From assembly GCA_963667175.2 (NCBI GenBank), contig CAXXXF010000002.1:160001-224000 (forward strand): a stretch of DNA of 64,000 nucleotides, read 5' to 3'. The DNA comes from Candidatus Latescibacterota bacterium (GTDB lineage: Bacteria > Latescibacterota > UBA2968 > GCA-2709665). The position numbers and the translations under genes are program-made. Position 1 is the stretch's first letter. Each line of letters begins with the position of its first letter. Of this stretch, positions 51,415 to 62,094 are shown in pieces. The notes below the pieces were generated by a model. That model made no database searches. It was not told the DNA's origin and saw only the letters and a program-made list of their open reading frames with translations.

Positions 51415-52863
51415 ATGGAAACGGCTACGGGCCCGTCGACGGAGAGAATACGCGAAGGGTGGGCAATAGCGGCCGTCTGCGTCGCCCAACTCGCGCTGAT
51501 CACGCTGCCCTTCTGGCGTTTCGGCGAGGTGATTCCGGTGATCACCGTCAGCCTGGTCGTGGTTTCCGGGATCGCCCTGATGGCGTCGGTCACGTCCGCG
51601 CTCCTGTATCTCTGCTTTATCGCCTCCGTGATCTCCTCCGAGTTCTACGAAGATCATCTCATGCTGCCCGGGAATCTGCATTTCTGCGAGGCGCTGTTTC
51701 TGTTGGTATGGGGTGTGGCATTCGTCGCCTGGCTGCAGGAACGACGGCTAAACCGGGTACGCACCCGGCTGGACCGTCCGTTGCTGGTTTTTCTGGCGCT
51801 GGTCGTGGCATCGATGGCGCTGGGTCTGTTTTACGGTCAGGACGTCCGGCAGATGCTGAGGGACGTGCGGTATCCGCTCTACTACGTGCTGTTCTTCGTC
51901 GTGACAGGCTTTTTCGATCTGCGCAGGCGCGGGATGTTTCTGGCCGTGCTGGTCGTCTCCGCGGCCGTCGTGGGCGTGGAGTACATGGTTGAATTCGTCC
52001 GCGCCGTCGATCTCTCGTATGCCGGCGCATTTTTCCGCGTGGCGCGCCGTGAGGGGCTGCTGCTCCCGATGGGCGTTCTGGTTCTCGCGGCGGCTTTCCT
52101 TTACGACACGTCGCCGGTTCGCCGCACGGTCGGCGGCCTTCTCCTGGTACCCATCGGTCTGGCGCTGGTGGTCACGATGGGTCGCGCCATGTGGGGCAGC
52201 CTGTTGTTCGGACTGTTCTGTGTGGGTGGGCTGGTTCTGCTCGACCGGGGGAGGCGCCGTGGACGCCGGCTTCTGATCTTGATGCTGATTCCGGTTCTGC
52301 TCCTGGGCCTGGGATACTATTTTCAGCAGTTTACGGGCGCTGGAGTCGAGGACGTGGCGGCCCATCGTCTGCGCCGCACGGTAACCGAGGGTGACCTGGA
52401 GATCCAGGGGCGTCTGCTGGCCTACGCGCTGGCCGTCGAGAAGATCCGGGAGCGGCCGGTGCTGGGTGGCGGACACGGCGCAACGATTTCCTATCTGAGG
52501 GTCGACGAGTACTCGCAACCCTACGTCTTTACCTCCGGAGGGGTTGACAATACCTATCTGACGATCATGATGCGTATGGGAATTCTGGGCGTGATCGCGT
52601 TCCTCTGGATTTTCATCCGGGGGCTGCGGATCGCGTACGGGATGTTCCGCCGCACTGACGATCCGCACAAAAAGGCCTTCTGCGCCGCGTTTCTGGCGGT
52701 GTACGCGGCACTGCTGGTGTACATTTTGACTGACAATACAATGATGGGCAACCGGCTGATTTTCTGGCATGCGTGTTTTCTTGGCATTCTGGCCCGTTTG
52801 GATGGAGAGGCGGATGAAACCGGCGGTGACGGCGGTGGTGGTGAACTGGAACGCAGGTCATGA
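51415..52863 (+). CDS. O-antigen ligase / Wzy polymerase family protein
   Basis: Multiple TMs; TMGRAMW, R..AY..A.EKI.ERP.LG.G.G, DNTYL. Confidence 0.82.
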   Translation: METATGPSTERIREGWAIAAVCVAQLALITLPFWRFGEVIPVITVSLVVVSGIALMASVTSALLYLCFIASVISSEFYEDHLMLPGNLHFCEALFLLVWGVAFVAWLQERRLNRVRTRLDRPLLVFLALVVASMALGLFYGQDVRQMLRDVRYPLYYVLFFVVTGFFDLRRRGMFLAVLVVSAAVVGVEYMVEFVRAVDLSYAGAFFRVARREGLLLPMGVLVLAAAFLYDTSPVRRTVGGLLLVPIGLALVVTMGRAMWGSLLFGLFCVGGLVLLDRGRRRGRRLLILMLIPVLLLGLGYYFQQFTGAGVEDVAAHRLRRTVTEGDLEIQGRLLAYALAVEKIRERPVLGGGHGATISYLRVDEYSQPYVFTSGGVDNTYLTIMMRMGILGVIAFLWIFIRGLRIAYGMFRRTDDPHKKAFCAAFLAVYAALLVYILTDNTMMGNRLIFWHACFLGILARLDGEADETGGDGGGGELERRS

Positions 52864-53776
52864 CCTGTTCCGGTGCGTCGCGTCGCTGATCGAAGCAAAG
52901 GAACGGCTTCGACTGGACGTGGTGGTTGTGGACAACGCGTCGTCGGACGGCAGTCCCGACGCGCTGGAACCCTTTGGCGACGGCGTGAGGCTGGTGGAGA
53001 TGGGAGGGAACTTCGGGTTTGGCAGGGGCGTCAACAGGGGGGTGGAGGGGTGCGCCTCTCCTTACGTTCTCGCCATGAACCCGGACGTGACCGTGTCGCC
53101 GGATGCGGTTGAACGCCTGTTGGATTATCTCGAAGCCAACGACCGCGTCGGCGTGGTTGGGCCGCGCCTCGTGGACCGGAGGGGTCGAGCGCACCTGTCC
53201 TGCGGCGGGGCGCCTCGACTGGCTGGCGAAATCTGCCGTAAATTCCTGTTGCATCTTGTTTTTCCAATGCTTAAATTCGGCTGCCGGGTCTCCCGTGGGC
53301 CAACCTCGGTCGGCTGGGTGACGGGCGCCTGTTTCCTTGCGCGTCGCAGCGCCTTAAGCGAGGTCGGCGGCATGGACGACGCGATATTCATGTATTACGA
53401 AGACGTCGACCTCTGCCTCAGGCTTGGTAAGGCCGGTTGGTCCGTGGTCTATCTGCCGGAGGCTTGCGCGTTCCATGCGGGAGGCAGGAGTTCGAGGAAG
53501 GCGCAGGACCGGATGCTTGTGGAGGGCATGGCGAGTCATCTTTACGTGATGAACAAACACCTGGGAGATCGTGCGGGCCGCCTCCTGGCTGCGCTGACGT
53601 TTCCGGAGTTGGTTTTGAGAACGCTGCTCTGGGGAGGCCTCTTCTTATTGCCCGGATTCAGGCAGGAGGCCAGGGCAAGGCTGAAGGCGTATCGACGGGT
53701 CCTGACGGGGGGCATTGAACGTTGGACCCGCTTCGGTTTCCCGCGAAGGTGTTCGGGACCGAAGGAGATTTCATGA
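52814..53776 (+). CDS. Glycosyltransferase family 2
   Basis: VVVNWN, VVDNASSDGS, N.GFG.G.N, MNPD, GACFL, FMYYEDVD. Confidence 0.92.
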   Translation: MKPAVTAVVVNWNAGHDLFRCVASLIEAKERLRLDVVVVDNASSDGSPDALEPFGDGVRLVEMGGNFGFGRGVNRGVEGCASPYVLAMNPDVTVSPDAVERLLDYLEANDRVGVVGPRLVDRRGRAHLSCGGAPRLAGEICRKFLLHLVFPMLKFGCRVSRGPTSVGWVTGACFLARRSALSEVGGMDDAIFMYYEDVDLCLRLGKAGWSVVYLPEACAFHAGGRSSRKAQDRMLVEGMASHLYVMNKHLGDRAGRLLAALTFPELVLRTLLWGGLFLLPGFRQEARARLKAYRRVLTGGIERWTRFGFPRRCSGPKEIS

Positions 53777-54912
53777 TACCCATCTGGCGGGCCTGTTTCG
53801 ACGAAGAGGAGGTGGCGGCGGTCCGGGAAGTGATGTTGTCCGGATGGGTAGGGGCAGGCACGAAGGCCGCAGCCTTCGAGAAGCGGTTCGCCGAGTATAT
53901 CGGGACGTCGTTTGCGGTCAGCGTAAATTCGTGCTCGTCGGCGTTGTTGCTGGCACTTAAGGTGCTGGGCGTGGAGGGCCGCGAAGTCATTACCTCGTCC
54001 ATGACCTTTGTCGCCACAAACCATGCCATCCTCCAGAACGGCGCCACTCCGGTATTCTGCGACATCGATCCCGTCACGCTGAATCTGGACCCCGAATGCG
54101 TCGCCCGCCGGGTTTCGGACAGAACGGCCGCAATTATGGTTGTGCATCACAGCGGCCACCCCTGCGACATGGATCCGATACTGGAGGTCGCCTCGTCCAG
54201 GAACATCCCGGTTGTGGAAGATGCCGCCCATGCCTGCGGCGCCCGGTACAAGGGTCGGATGGCTGGCGGATTGGGAACGATCGGATGTTTCAGTTTCCAG
54301 GCTCAGAAGAATCTGACGACCTGCGACGGCGGAATGCTCACCACCAACGATGCCCGACTGGCCGAGCGCGTCAAGCGGCTGAGCTGGATGGGCATCCCCC
54401 AGGGTACGTGGGACCGGTTTACGGCAGGTCCGCAACAGAAGCGATGGCTGTACGACGTGACCGAGGTGGGTCACAAGTTCTATATGAACGATCTGAATGC
54501 GGCCATCGGGCTGGTCCAGCTGGGGAGGCTGGAGTCTGCCAACGCCCAGAGACGGGAAATCGTCCTGCAATACGACAAGGCGTTTTCCGATCTGCCGTGG
54601 CTTCGGTCGCCCAGGATTGCGCCATACGCGCGCAGCGCGTTCCATGCCTACGTTCCGCGCGTGTCGGACCGGGACAATCTGGTCGCCCATCTGCACGAAC
54701 GGGACGTCGATTCCAGCGTACATTATTATCCGAATCATCTGTATCCGATCCACGAACCCCATCGTTGCTCGTTGCCGGTGACCGAGTCGGTGTGGCATGA
54801 ACTGCTAACGCTGCCGCTGTATCCGGCGATGACCGACCGGGACGTTGCCCAGGTAATCGACGCTGTCCGGAGCTTTCAACCCAACTGCCGGAATCCTCGC
54901 GACGGGTCCTGA
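53773..54912 (+). CDS. DegT/DnrJ/EryC1/StrS sugar aminotransferase
   Basis: SVNSCSSAL, EDAAHA.GA, SFQAQKNLTT.DGG, G.KFYMND. Confidence 0.92.
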   Translation: MIPIWRACFDEEEVAAVREVMLSGWVGAGTKAAAFEKRFAEYIGTSFAVSVNSCSSALLLALKVLGVEGREVITSSMTFVATNHAILQNGATPVFCDIDPVTLNLDPECVARRVSDRTAAIMVVHHSGHPCDMDPILEVASSRNIPVVEDAAHACGARYKGRMAGGLGTIGCFSFQAQKNLTTCDGGMLTTNDARLAERVKRLSWMGIPQGTWDRFTAGPQQKRWLYDVTEVGHKFYMNDLNAAIGLVQLGRLESANAQRREIVLQYDKAFSDLPWLRSPRIAPYARSAFHAYVPRVSDRDNLVAHLHERDVDSSVHYYPNHLYPIHEPHRCSLPVTESVWHELLTLPLYPAMTDRDVAQVIDAVRSFQPNCRNPRDGS

Positions 54913-54939
54913 TTCGCGCTCGCGAGCAGAGAGGTTAGC

Positions 54940-55914
54940 GTGTTGTCCTCAGCGTTGTTTCTTGCTTTCGGTTTCGGAACCGCTCTCCTGCTGACGCCTC
55001 TTCTGCGAGCCGCCGCGTTGCGCGCCTCGTGGTTGAAGTCAGTCGGGTCCAACGACGCGGAACCGGTGCCGCCTATCGGCGGCGTGGCCATTGCGGTCGC
55101 AACCCTGCTGCTGCTTCCCTTTGCGCCGCTGTCGTTTCCCATTGGCCTGTGGATTGGCGCGCTTGGCATGGGCGCCATCGGATTCGTCGACGATAGGTGG
55201 CCGCTATCACCCCTTCAAAAGCTTGCGTTTCAAATTTTCACGGTCATTATTGCGGTTGGTGGCGGGCTTCGATTCGACACGACCGGAAGTGCCGTGGTCG
55301 ACGCTGTACTAACCGGAGTGTGGCTGGTCTGGATGTGCAACGCGTTTAACGTGCTCGACATGATGGACGGTTTGTCCGCAGGCGCAGGCGCGATCGCTTC
55401 AATTGGACTGGCGGGGTTGGGTCTCGTCGTCGGCGCCGCGCCGGTTGTGATTCTGGGCGCCAGCCTGGCGGGAGGCTTTCTGGGTTTCCTGGTTTACAAC
55501 GCTCATCCCGCCAGGGTCTACATGGGCGACGCCGGCAGTCTGTTCGCCGGGTTTGTGCTTGGCGCGATGTCGGTGGAGATATCGAGGGCGATGCCGGGCG
55601 TTCAGGGCGAACTCTGCACGGTACTGGTGCTGGGCGTTCCCTGTTTCGAAGCCGTGTTTCTGTGTGTGGTGAGAAAGAGAAAGGGCTTGCCCGTGATGAG
55701 AGCCAGCCGCGATCACGTTGCGCAGCGGCTGGTGAAAATGGGGCATTCCGTCCGCGGCGCGGTTCAGCGTATTCATCTTGCAGGTGGACTTCTCGCCCTT
55801 TGCGGAATCCTGGCGGCCGTGGCGCCGGCCGCGATCAGCTTTGCCATTCTCGTCTGTGTGGTCGCGATGGCGGTATGGACCGGCGTCCGGTTGGCCCGCG
55901 TGGAGACCGTATAG
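54940..55914 (+). CDS. MraY/WecA family undecaprenyl-phosphate sugar-1-phosphate transferase
   Basis: P.IGGVA, GFVDD, NAFN.LD.MDGL, YN.HPARVYMGDAGS, RDH. Confidence 0.9.
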   Translation: MLSSALFLAFGFGTALLLTPLLRAAALRASWLKSVGSNDAEPVPPIGGVAIAVATLLLLPFAPLSFPIGLWIGALGMGAIGFVDDRWPLSPLQKLAFQIFTVIIAVGGGLRFDTTGSAVVDAVLTGVWLVWMCNAFNVLDMMDGLSAGAGAIASIGLAGLGLVVGAAPVVILGASLAGGFLGFLVYNAHPARVYMGDAGSLFAGFVLGAMSVEISRAMPGVQGELCTVLVLGVPCFEAVFLCVVRKRKGLPVMRASRDHVAQRLVKMGHSVRGAVQRIHLAGGLLALCGILAAVAPAAISFAILVCVVAMAVWTGVRLARVETV

Positions 55915-55925
55915 AAAGGGGCCGG

Positions 55926-57380
55926 ATGACCGACCTGCGTCGCACAACCGTCCGGGGCTTCTCGTGGACCGGCCTGGCGCAGGGCGCCGGCTACCTGATC
56001 CACGTGGGCGCGCTGGGACTGGCGGTGCGGCATCTGACCGAACCGTCCCGGGCGTTCGGTACGGAGGTGGCCGCGGCCACAATTGTCGGTGTGGGCATCC
56101 TGGTCGCGGAAATGGGCCTGGGCCGGGCCCTGATACAGAAGCGGGACGCGACCGAGGCGCACCTGGCCGCGGCGTTCTGGATGGGCCTGTTCATCTCCTG
56201 TTCGCTGGCCGCCTTTTTCTATCTGACCGCCCGCTTCCTGGGCGGATTTTTTTTTGATGACCCTCAGCTTGCCGCGGTTCTCCCCGCAATGGCCTCGGGG
56301 CTGTTCTTCGCCGGGATGGGCGCCGTTCCCCGGGCGCAGATGGAGCGCGCGTTCCGTTTCAGACAGCTGGCAATTCTGGACGTCTGTGCGGCGTTCTCGA
56401 GCGGATTCACCCTGGCGCTGCTGGCTGTGCAGGGATACGAGGTGTGGAGCCTCGTCTGGGCCTACGTGGTCCGCCACGCGGTTCTGGGCATGGGCCCGTG
56501 GATGTTCTGCCCCGTCAATGCGAGAGCGTCCTTCAGCCTTGCCGATGCAAGGGTGCTGATCGGTTTCGGCGGAAAGTGGACGGGGTCCAGGCTGGCCGGC
56601 TACGTGCAGCAGAACCTGGACTATCTTCTGATAGGCAGGTTCCTGGGGATCGAGGCGTTGGGCTACTACGGACTGGCGTATCGCCTTATCGCAATCCCGC
56701 AGACCCGCGTGGCGCAGGCCATCGCAAAGGTCACCTTTCCGGCCTTCTCCGCTCTCCAGGACGACGTCGCCCGGCTTGGCCGGGCGTATCTGTCCACCGT
56801 GAAGTACGTCGCGGTGCTCGTATTCCCGACGATGGCGGGGTTTTTCCTGTTGGCGGATCCTGGCGTGGAACTGCTCTTCAAGGCGGAGATGGCGCCTGCG
56901 GCGGCCGTCCTTCAGGCGCTTTGCGCGGCCGGGGCGCTCCGGTCTGTCGCGTCTCCCGCCGGCCTGGTCTATTCCGCCGTGGGGCGCACCGGCCTGGCAC
57001 TGATCTGGAATATCTGCGGCGCCGTCTTCATGCTGGCGGCCCTGCGAACGGGCATCGGCTGGGGGTTGACGGGCGCCGCGCTGGCGGTCAGCCTCGGCGT
57101 GCTGGTCCTGACGGTTGTCTCGCAGGTTATCGTGAATCGGCTTGCCCGAATTACATTTGGCGAATACCTCAGGGCGCTGCGTCCCGCCGCGGTGGGCAGC
57201 GGATTGATGATCGGGCTGGTCGCCGTCTACAAGTGGATGGTGACAGGCGCGCTTTCGGATTCTGCGGTGGCCGGGTCCTGCGTGGTCGCGGGCGTGTTGG
57301 TTTATCCGCTTGCGCTACGTTTTCTTTCGAAAGAGACCGCCGTGGAGGCGACGCGCCTGGTCGGACTGATCCGGCGTTAG
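55926..57380 (+). CDS. Wzx-type flippase (WzxC-like)
   Basis: EMGLG.ALIQ, R.FRF, D..LIGRFLG...LGYY..AY, VTFPAFS. Confidence 0.9.
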   Translation: MTDLRRTTVRGFSWTGLAQGAGYLIHVGALGLAVRHLTEPSRAFGTEVAAATIVGVGILVAEMGLGRALIQKRDATEAHLAAAFWMGLFISCSLAAFFYLTARFLGGFFFDDPQLAAVLPAMASGLFFAGMGAVPRAQMERAFRFRQLAILDVCAAFSSGFTLALLAVQGYEVWSLVWAYVVRHAVLGMGPWMFCPVNARASFSLADARVLIGFGGKWTGSRLAGYVQQNLDYLLIGRFLGIEALGYYGLAYRLIAIPQTRVAQAIAKVTFPAFSALQDDVARLGRAYLSTVKYVAVLVFPTMAGFFLLADPGVELLFKAEMAPAAAVLQALCAAGALRSVASPAGLVYSAVGRTGLALIWNICGAVFMLAALRTGIGWGLTGAALAVSLGVLVLTVVSQVIVNRLARITFGEYLRALRPAAVGSGLMIGLVAVYKWMVTGALSDSAVAGSCVVAGVLVYPLALRFLSKETAVEATRLVGLIRR

Positions 57381-57396
57381 AGTACCCGTATGGGGA

Positions 57397-57559
57397 GTGT
57401 TCTGTCCCGGAAATTGGTTGCCTGAATTCGGCCGGCGAGTCGCCCGGCTCGCAAGGCGTGAGAGCGCAGGCGACCTGGGAAACGTCGGCGAGCGATGGCA
57501 ACGCAGCGAGACGGGATGAATCGTCGGCCGAATGGCGAGGTATTTTTGGGACAGAACGC
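57397..57559. mobile_element. MITE family B, full copy
   Basis: TIRs GTGTTCTGTCCCGGAAAT / ATTTTTGGGACAGAACGC; related pieces at 20871, 38523 and 49243. Confidence 0.75.
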
Positions 57560-58397
57560 CAGATTACCGGATTTCCTGATTATCGGTGCGCAGAAGTGCG
57601 GAACGACGTGGCTGGCTGCCATGCTCCGCCAGCATCCCGACGTGTACATGCCCGACAGGGAGGTGCATTTCTTCGATAAGGCCGGAAATTACAACAAGGG
57701 TATCGAATGGTATGCCAGTCATTTCGAGGTGGCCGATAACAGAAGCTGCGTGGGTGAGAAAACGCCGGACTATTTCTGGGCGGACGGACGGGGCGGCGAA
57801 GGACACATGCCCGACGTGCATCGGCATATCCGGACTCATCTGCCCCACGCGAAACTGATTGTTACGCTGAAAAATCCCGTTGACCGGGCTGTTTCCGCGG
57901 TAAAGCACCTGATACGGACCGGTCGGATATCTCCGCTGCATCGGATGGACGATTTGCTGGCGGGCAAAAAGACCGACCTGCTGGAAGGGTTCGGGGTCTT
58001 CGAGGTGGGCCGGTTCTTTACGTTGCTCACAGCCTACCTGAACCTGTTCAGACGGGATCAGATTCTGGTGCTTTTTTTTGAAGAGGACGTCGTGCTGCGC
58101 CCGCGTGACGGTCTGAAGAAAGTCTGCAGATTTCTTGAGATCGACGATTCCTTTCATTTTTCGGGGGTGGCGCAGCGGGTCAATCGATTCGACGCCTGCA
58201 AAATACATCTGATCGCACGGTACTATTTCCCGTCCCTGTCTCCCCTGACGAGCGTTCTGGGGCGCTTCCTGCCCGAGAGCGATTTTCTTCCCAGCGAGCC
58301 GGTCGTTCGAAAATTGCACGGACTGTACCAGGAAGAAAACCGAAAGCTGTTCGATCTTCTCGATCGCGATTCTCCGATTTCGTGGCTTTCGGCCTGA
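57516..58397 (+). CDS. PAPS-dependent sulfotransferase
   Basis: PDFLIIGAQKCGTT (5'-PSB), EVHFFD, GEKTPDY, LKNPVDRAVS (3'-PB); start uncertain because candidate ATGs lie in a MITE. Confidence 0.88.
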   Translation: MNRRPNGEVFLGQNARLPDFLIIGAQKCGTTWLAAMLRQHPDVYMPDREVHFFDKAGNYNKGIEWYASHFEVADNRSCVGEKTPDYFWADGRGGEGHMPDVHRHIRTHLPHAKLIVTLKNPVDRAVSAVKHLIRTGRISPLHRMDDLLAGKKTDLLEGFGVFEVGRFFTLLTAYLNLFRRDQILVLFFEEDVVLRPRDGLKKVCRFLEIDDSFHFSGVAQRVNRFDACKIHLIARYYFPSLSPLTSVLGRFLPESDFLPSEPVVRKLHGLYQEENRKLFDLLDRDSPISWLSA

Positions 58398-58475
58398 CTG
58401 CGGATTCCCCGAAAATGCGCCGTTTTCCATTGATTCGCCGGAATTCCGTGTTTATATTGATGGAGCTTTCCCGTT

Positions 58476-59564
58476 TTGAGGGTTTTTTTCGTCGCGCTCA
58501 CCGGGCCCCGGTTTGCCGCCAGCCGTACACGCGTCTTTGACTATCTCCCCTTCCTGAAGGCCAATGGCGTGCAGGCCGACGTGGCGGTTGTATTGCCTGA
58601 TCGGATATCCACCTGGACGTACGCAAGGAGAGGGTTCGGTCGTCTGATCCATTATGCGTGGGTGTGGTGGCGCTCGTTCAGAGTGGGGCTGCGAACCCTC
58701 AGTCTTGCGCGACGGTACCACGTTGTGTTCGTGCAGAGGGCTTTTTTCAGCGCGCCCGTCGCCAGGCTCCTCCGGCTGTTTTCGCGGAAGGTCATCTTCG
58801 ATTTCGACGACGCGATCTTTACCACGGAGGCGCCCGAAGAAGACTGGATGGCACGGCTCAGAACCCGGCACCATTCCCGGGGGCTGGCGGAGATGCTCCG
58901 GGCGTCATCCAGGGTCATCGTCGAAAACGCCTACACAGCTTCGTACGCCGAACGGTTCTGCCCGGACGTGTCGATCATTACGGGGCCGATCGACACGGAG
59001 AGGTACTTCCCCGGAAGCGCGGGCGAGGAAGCCGATTGCGTGGTTCTCGGCTGGATCGGCACCTACACGTCCGCCCCGTATCTCGAACTGATCCGTGAGC
59101 CGCTTGCCGAGTTGGGCAGGCGGCACCGCCATATCCGGCTTTGTCTGATCGGCGAGGGCGGCTTTGATACGGACGCTTTGCCGACGGAATGGCGCCCGTG
59201 GTCTCTGGAGACCGAGGTTCAGGACCTGCGGGGGTTCGATATCGGCCTGATGCCTCTGCCCGACGATCCATGGACGCGGGGAAAGGGCGGATATAAGCTC
59301 CTGCAATACTTCTCAATGGGAATTCCGGCAGTGAGCAGCCCCGTGGGCATAAACACCGAAATCGTGGAAGACGGCGTCAACGGGTTTTGCGCAAGTTCTC
59401 ACGGCGAATGGGTTTCCTGTCTGGACCGGCTGATCCGAGACCGGGCGCTTCGGGTTCGGATGGGCGGGGCCGGACGCGCAAGAATGGAAGCCCGTTATTC
59501 GCTGCAACACAGCAGCCGGAGGCTGTTGCGGATCCTGCGTTCGGCGGCCGGGCCGGAGTCATGA
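58476..59564 (+). CDS. Glycosyltransferase family 4
   Basis: ASR.RV, DFDDAIF, LGWIGT, DIGLMPL, GK.GYKLLQY..MG.P.V.SPVG.N. Confidence 0.9.
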   Translation: MRVFFVALTGPRFAASRTRVFDYLPFLKANGVQADVAVVLPDRISTWTYARRGFGRLIHYAWVWWRSFRVGLRTLSLARRYHVVFVQRAFFSAPVARLLRLFSRKVIFDFDDAIFTTEAPEEDWMARLRTRHHSRGLAEMLRASSRVIVENAYTASYAERFCPDVSIITGPIDTERYFPGSAGEEADCVVLGWIGTYTSAPYLELIREPLAELGRRHRHIRLCLIGEGGFDTDALPTEWRPWSLETEVQDLRGFDIGLMPLPDDPWTRGKGGYKLLQYFSMGIPAVSSPVGINTEIVEDGVNGFCASSHGEWVSCLDRLIRDRALRVRMGGAGRARMEARYSLQHSSRRLLRILRSAAGPES

Positions 59565-59751
59565 GCGTGCCTTCCCGATCGCGGTTCTATACGATTTACT
59601 TATACTTAATGGATAACTTTTACATTGCCGGTTTATCCCGGTGTGTTTATATTTGATGCGCTGATCCCGGTTTCGAAGCCTTTTTATTCAACCCCATCGT
59701 GGAGATTCCACCTGCGGAGTCGGTTTGCCTGCGGAACCTTCAGACGCGTCA

Positions 59752-60948
59752 ATGCCGGTTCATCTGATCCAGATTATCGATCGTTTGAACGTTGGCGGGC
59801 CAACGCCCTATCTGCTCTTTCTAACGAAAGCGCTTGAATCACGGGGATGTCGCTCGCTGGTGGTCAAAGGCCAGGTGGCGGCCGGCGAAGCCGAAATGGA
59901 CGACGTTATCCGCCGGTCCGGAATTCAACCCCTGGAGGTGCATGGGTTCAGCCGGGCGATCATTCCGGTTCGCGATCTGAGGGTGTTCGTTGCGTTGTAC
60001 CGGTTGTTGAGACGCGTTCGTCCCGGGATTGTCCACACCCACAAGTCGAAAGCCGGTGTGCTCGGTCGTGCCGCGGCCTGGCTGGCCGGTGTGCCGATAA
60101 CGCTGCACACGTTTCACGGGCTGGTCTTCAAGGGTTATTTTTCTGCCTGGAAGTCCTACCTGATTGTGCTGGTTGAGCGGCTCCTTGCCCGCCGGACCGA
60201 CGTCCTCGTTGCCGTATCGGAACGACAGCGCGATGAACTGCTGGCGGACCGTATCGCGGTGCCCTCCCGCATTCGCACGGTTCGGCTGGGCGTGGACCTG
60301 GATCCGTATCTGAACCGGCGGCGGGGCGACGCGGGTCTTCGCGAGGAAATGGGGTTCCGCCCTTCAGCGCGGCTTGTCGGCATCGTGGGGCGGCTGGTTC
60401 CGATCAAGGGCGTGGACATTTTTCTCGCTGCCGCCGAACAGGTGGCCGAGACCTTGCCGGACGTTCGTTTTGTCGTCGTTGGCGACGGGGAACTGCGGTC
60501 CGAACTTGAAGCCATCGCGCATGCGCGAAAGCTCGAAGACCGGGTACGGTTTACCGGCTTCCGAAATGATACGGCGCGAATCTACGGCGCACTCGATCTG
60601 TCGGTGCTGTCGTCACACCACGAGGGGTTGCCGGTTGCGCTGCTGGAGGCCGTGGCAACCGGATGTTACGTCGTTGCGTCTCGCGTGGGGGGCGTGCCCG
60701 ATCTGATTCGGAGCGAACGGATTGGCCTGATGGTTGCGCCTGGCGACGCTGCGGCGCTTGCCGCGGGAATTCAGCGGGCCTTACGTGAGCGGCGGGAGAT
60801 TTCCGTTGGTGAGCGGCGTAAGATTGTGGAATCGTACGGGTTGACAAGATTGGCGGAAGATTTCAGCCACCTCTATCGTAAGCTATCCGAAAACAAGCGG
60901 GCCGGGGGCGGTTTACCGGGCGACTGCTGGGAAGGGATGTACGCATGA
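59752..60948 (+). CDS. Glycosyltransferase family 4
   Basis: RLNVGGP, HTHKSKAG.LGR, GRLVPIKG, EGLPVALLEA. Confidence 0.92.
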   Translation: MPVHLIQIIDRLNVGGPTPYLLFLTKALESRGCRSLVVKGQVAAGEAEMDDVIRRSGIQPLEVHGFSRAIIPVRDLRVFVALYRLLRRVRPGIVHTHKSKAGVLGRAAAWLAGVPITLHTFHGLVFKGYFSAWKSYLIVLVERLLARRTDVLVAVSERQRDELLADRIAVPSRIRTVRLGVDLDPYLNRRRGDAGLREEMGFRPSARLVGIVGRLVPIKGVDIFLAAAEQVAETLPDVRFVVVGDGELRSELEAIAHARKLEDRVRFTGFRNDTARIYGALDLSVLSSHHEGLPVALLEAVATGCYVVASRVGGVPDLIRSERIGLMVAPGDAAALAAGIQRALRERREISVGERRKIVESYGLTRLAEDFSHLYRKLSENKRAGGGLPGDCWEGMYA

Positions 60949-61919
60949 AGGTGTTGATTACCGGCGGGGCGGGGTTTATCGGGTCACATCTGGCGGAACG
61001 GCATTTGAGGCGCGGCGACGAAGTCTCCGTACTCGACGATCTTTCCACCGGAGACTACAACAATATCCACCACCTGGAGTCCAACCCGCGATTCAAGATA
61101 AAGGTTGGCACGATACTGGAAGGAGATACACTGCGTCCGCTGGTGGAATGGTGCGATATGATCTATCACCTGGCCGCGGCAGTGGGGGTAAATTACATCA
61201 TCGACAATCCGCTGCATTCCCTGACCACCAATATTCGAGGCACCGAAATCGTCCTGGATCTTGCCAATAAAGACAAGAAGCGCGTCATGCTCGCGTCCAC
61301 GTCCGAGGTGTACGGCAAGAAGAACGGCAAGGTTTCTTTCCAGGAAAACGACGATCGGCTGCTCGGACCCATCACCGTCGACCGTTGGATCTACTCCACC
61401 ACGAAAGCGGTGGACGAAATGTTGGGTCTGTCCTACTGGCGGGAGAAGAAGCTGCCCATGCTCATCGTGCGGTTCTTCAACGTCATCGGTCCCAGGCAGA
61501 CCGGCGACTACGGGATGGTCGTGCCGCGCATGGTCAAGCAGGCGCTCCTGGGTCATCCGATCACGGTGTACGGCGACGGGGAACAACGGCGCTGTTTTAC
61601 CGATATCGAAGACGCCCTCGACGGCCTGGTGGCGCTGGCCGAACATCCCGACACGCCGGGTGAGATCTTCAATCTGGGCGGGAACGTGGAGACCAACGAA
61701 ACCAGCATTGTCAATTTGGCGCACAAGGTCAAGACACTGACGGAAAGCGACGCGCCCATCGAATTCGTGCCTTACGACAAGGCATTCGCCAAGGGGTCGT
61801 ACGAAGACCTGAACTATCGGGTGCCGGATCTGTCCAAAATCCGGTCGTTCGTGAGCTACGAGCCGAAAATGAGCCTCGACAACACCCTCCGGCGCATTAT
61901 CAATTATTTCGAATCCTAG
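60945..61919 (+). CDS. NAD-dependent nucleotide-sugar epimerase/dehydratase
   Basis: ITGGAGFIGSH, HLAAAVGV, ASTSEVYGK, YSTTK, RFFN..GPRQ. Confidence 0.93.
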   Translation: MKVLITGGAGFIGSHLAERHLRRGDEVSVLDDLSTGDYNNIHHLESNPRFKIKVGTILEGDTLRPLVEWCDMIYHLAAAVGVNYIIDNPLHSLTTNIRGTEIVLDLANKDKKRVMLASTSEVYGKKNGKVSFQENDDRLLGPITVDRWIYSTTKAVDEMLGLSYWREKKLPMLIVRFFNVIGPRQTGDYGMVVPRMVKQALLGHPITVYGDGEQRRCFTDIEDALDGLVALAEHPDTPGEIFNLGGNVETNETSIVNLAHKVKTLTESDAPIEFVPYDKAFAKGSYEDLNYRVPDLSKIRSFVSYEPKMSLDNTLRRIINYFES

Positions 61920-62094
61920 CAACTTCCCCGGCGTGCAGGCGGCCGGGTCACGGTGGCGGTCGGAGCGGTCAAAGCGGCGCGCGATTCGCGAACCGACATC
62001 ATGAGAGTCAACCAACTGGCGTTGGACCGTCCGAACCCTCTCTACGGCAGGGACGGGGCTGGCCGTACGCCGGTTTTTTTATTTTGGAGTCGCC

